Origin: Negaprion brevirostris
Taxonomy: Eukaryota
DNA length: 64,000 nucleotides
Direction: 5' to 3'
Assembly: GCA_030324005.1 (NCBI GenBank)
Contig: JARDVH010000110.1
Location: 31,719,361 to 31,783,360, forward strand
Below, piece after piece: positions 62,612 to 64,000 of this stretch. How positions within the stretch are numbered: the stretch's first letter is position 1; every line of letters begins with the position of its first letter. The notes beneath the pieces are model-generated. The model ran no database searches. It saw nothing but the letters and a program-made list of their open reading frames with translations, and was not told the DNA's origin. The position numbers and the translations under genes are program-made.

Positions 62612-64000
62612 GGGTCACGATTCTCCCATCGCAATCCGCAATTTTTCTGGCAGGTTGAGGTGCAAGATACGTGTCTCTGGCCTTGTACCAGGATTTGCGC
62701 ATGCGCCGGGGAATGCATGTGGATCTCCCAGAGCCGGCGAACAGTCACCACTCAGACCACACTGGAAACCAGTGGGAAGGCAGGTAAGTAATTTGAATCT
62801 TTCTAAAATGTATTTTAAATACATTTAGTGGGTCATTATCGGGAACTTCAGGTCCCGACTGAATCTCCACCCTGCCAGTACTTCATTCCAACAGGACAGC
62901 TCCCCACGTTTGGGGAACTAGTGGGAAAACCCACCGGAATGGAGGGGGGGGGGGCGCACTAAAGGCCCCCCCCAGGAGATCGGACAGCAGGGATGGTTCC
63001 CTCTGGCAGTACCAGCCTGTATCCCTGGCACAGCCCAAGGGGCAAAGTGCCCATGCCCATGAAGAACTGCACAATGGGCAGTGCCAAGGGGACAGGGCCT
63101 AATGTGGGCAAGGCCTAGGGGCATTCAGTGGGCGTGGGGGGATCCTGCTGCCAATCCACAGAGAGGATCAGTCTGGGATGGAGGGAGGTCAGCAATTGGG
63201 GCAGGCTTGTGGGGTGGTCTGCCTCCCGGGAGGAGAGGGAGGTGGTGGTGGAGCACCACTGCTAAGGGGATGGACTGTGCATTGGGGTGCTCCAGGATGG
63301 GGACGATGATCAGGTCTGACCTGGGAATTGCTTTGGGGGCCACGGTCAGGCCGTGGGAGGGGCTGGAGGGGCAGCACTGATGGGGTCCTGGACTAGCCAG
63401 CGATTGAGCTGGCCAACAAACAGGGAGTTTGACAGATCGGGACCACTGCACATGCACAGAGTTCCAGAACTGTCAGACTCCGGCGCAAATAGAACCCATC
63501 CCCTGGGTTTTTAATGATATTCACAACTAGGATCTCTGCAGCGCACAGAGTGCGGAGATTGAGGTGAGAAGCTGAATTGACAAAACAGTCAGGATTTCCA
63601 ACAGTTTTCCCACCAATTCAGCGGTTCTGGGAGAGTTGCAGCCCGCAACTTTTCTGATGGGTCGCAGTGGGAGATGTGCGTTTCCGGTCTTGTACTGGGA
63701 TTTGCACATGCACCAGTAACACATGCACACCTCCCAGAGCCGGCGAACAGTCGCCAGTCAGACCACGCTGGAAACCGACAGGAAGGCAGGTAAGTAATTT
63801 GAATCTTTTAAAAATGTATTTTAAATATGTTTAGTAGGTCATTATTGAGAACTTTCAGGTCCTGATTGAATGTCCCACTCTGCCAGGAGTACTTCATTCC
63901 GGCAGGGTTTAGAGTAGCTCCCCACATTCGAAAACTAGCGGGAGAACCCGCTGGGATTAAGGAGGGGGGGGGCAATTGGGCCCCCCCCCAGGGGGACGGG
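62612..64000. mobile_element. ~1-kb MITE (62612-63644) followed directly by a second same-orientation copy
   Basis: TIR-like GGGTCACGATTCTCCCA / TGGGAGAGTTGCAGCCC. 63642-63970 repeats 62634-62952 (CTCCCAGAGCCGGCGAACAGTC..., GGAAGGCAGGTAAGTAATTTGAATCTTT). Confidence 0.8.

Noticed and set aside
1-64000. CRISPR arrays, operons or prokaryotic defence systems
   Set aside because: The sequence is eukaryotic and intron/repeat-dominated; no repeat-spacer array or dense gene cluster is present.

Overview
Repeat-rich vertebrate genomic DNA from a gapped draft assembly (14 N-runs). It is most likely a cartilaginous fish, inferred from the abundant HE1-type SINEs and CR1 LINEs. Two host genes are supported. 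The first is a single-coding-exon Toll-like receptor on the + strand (56216-~59164) with LRRs, LRRCT, TM and TIR; its TIR domain best fits TLR22 of the TLR11 family. The second is represented by two coding exons of a minus-strand Dbl-homology RhoGEF matching ARHGEF37 (30228-30395 and 14400-14523), transcribed away from the TLR. Most other sequence is transposon debris: CR1 and CR1/L2-like LINEs, tRNA-derived SINEs, PIF/Harbinger transposase and Myb/SANT remnants, MITEs, solo LTRs and a Penelope-like terminus. The more unusual structures are a degenerate U2 snRNA-derived sequence with an internal insert, a ~1.5 kb fold-back built from a Harbinger Myb-gene remnant, a decayed hammerhead-like hairpin, a locally templated insertion inside a SINE and two possible cryptic coding segments in introns. 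I found no convincing wholly new biological system; family assignments come from recalled motifs, not database searches.
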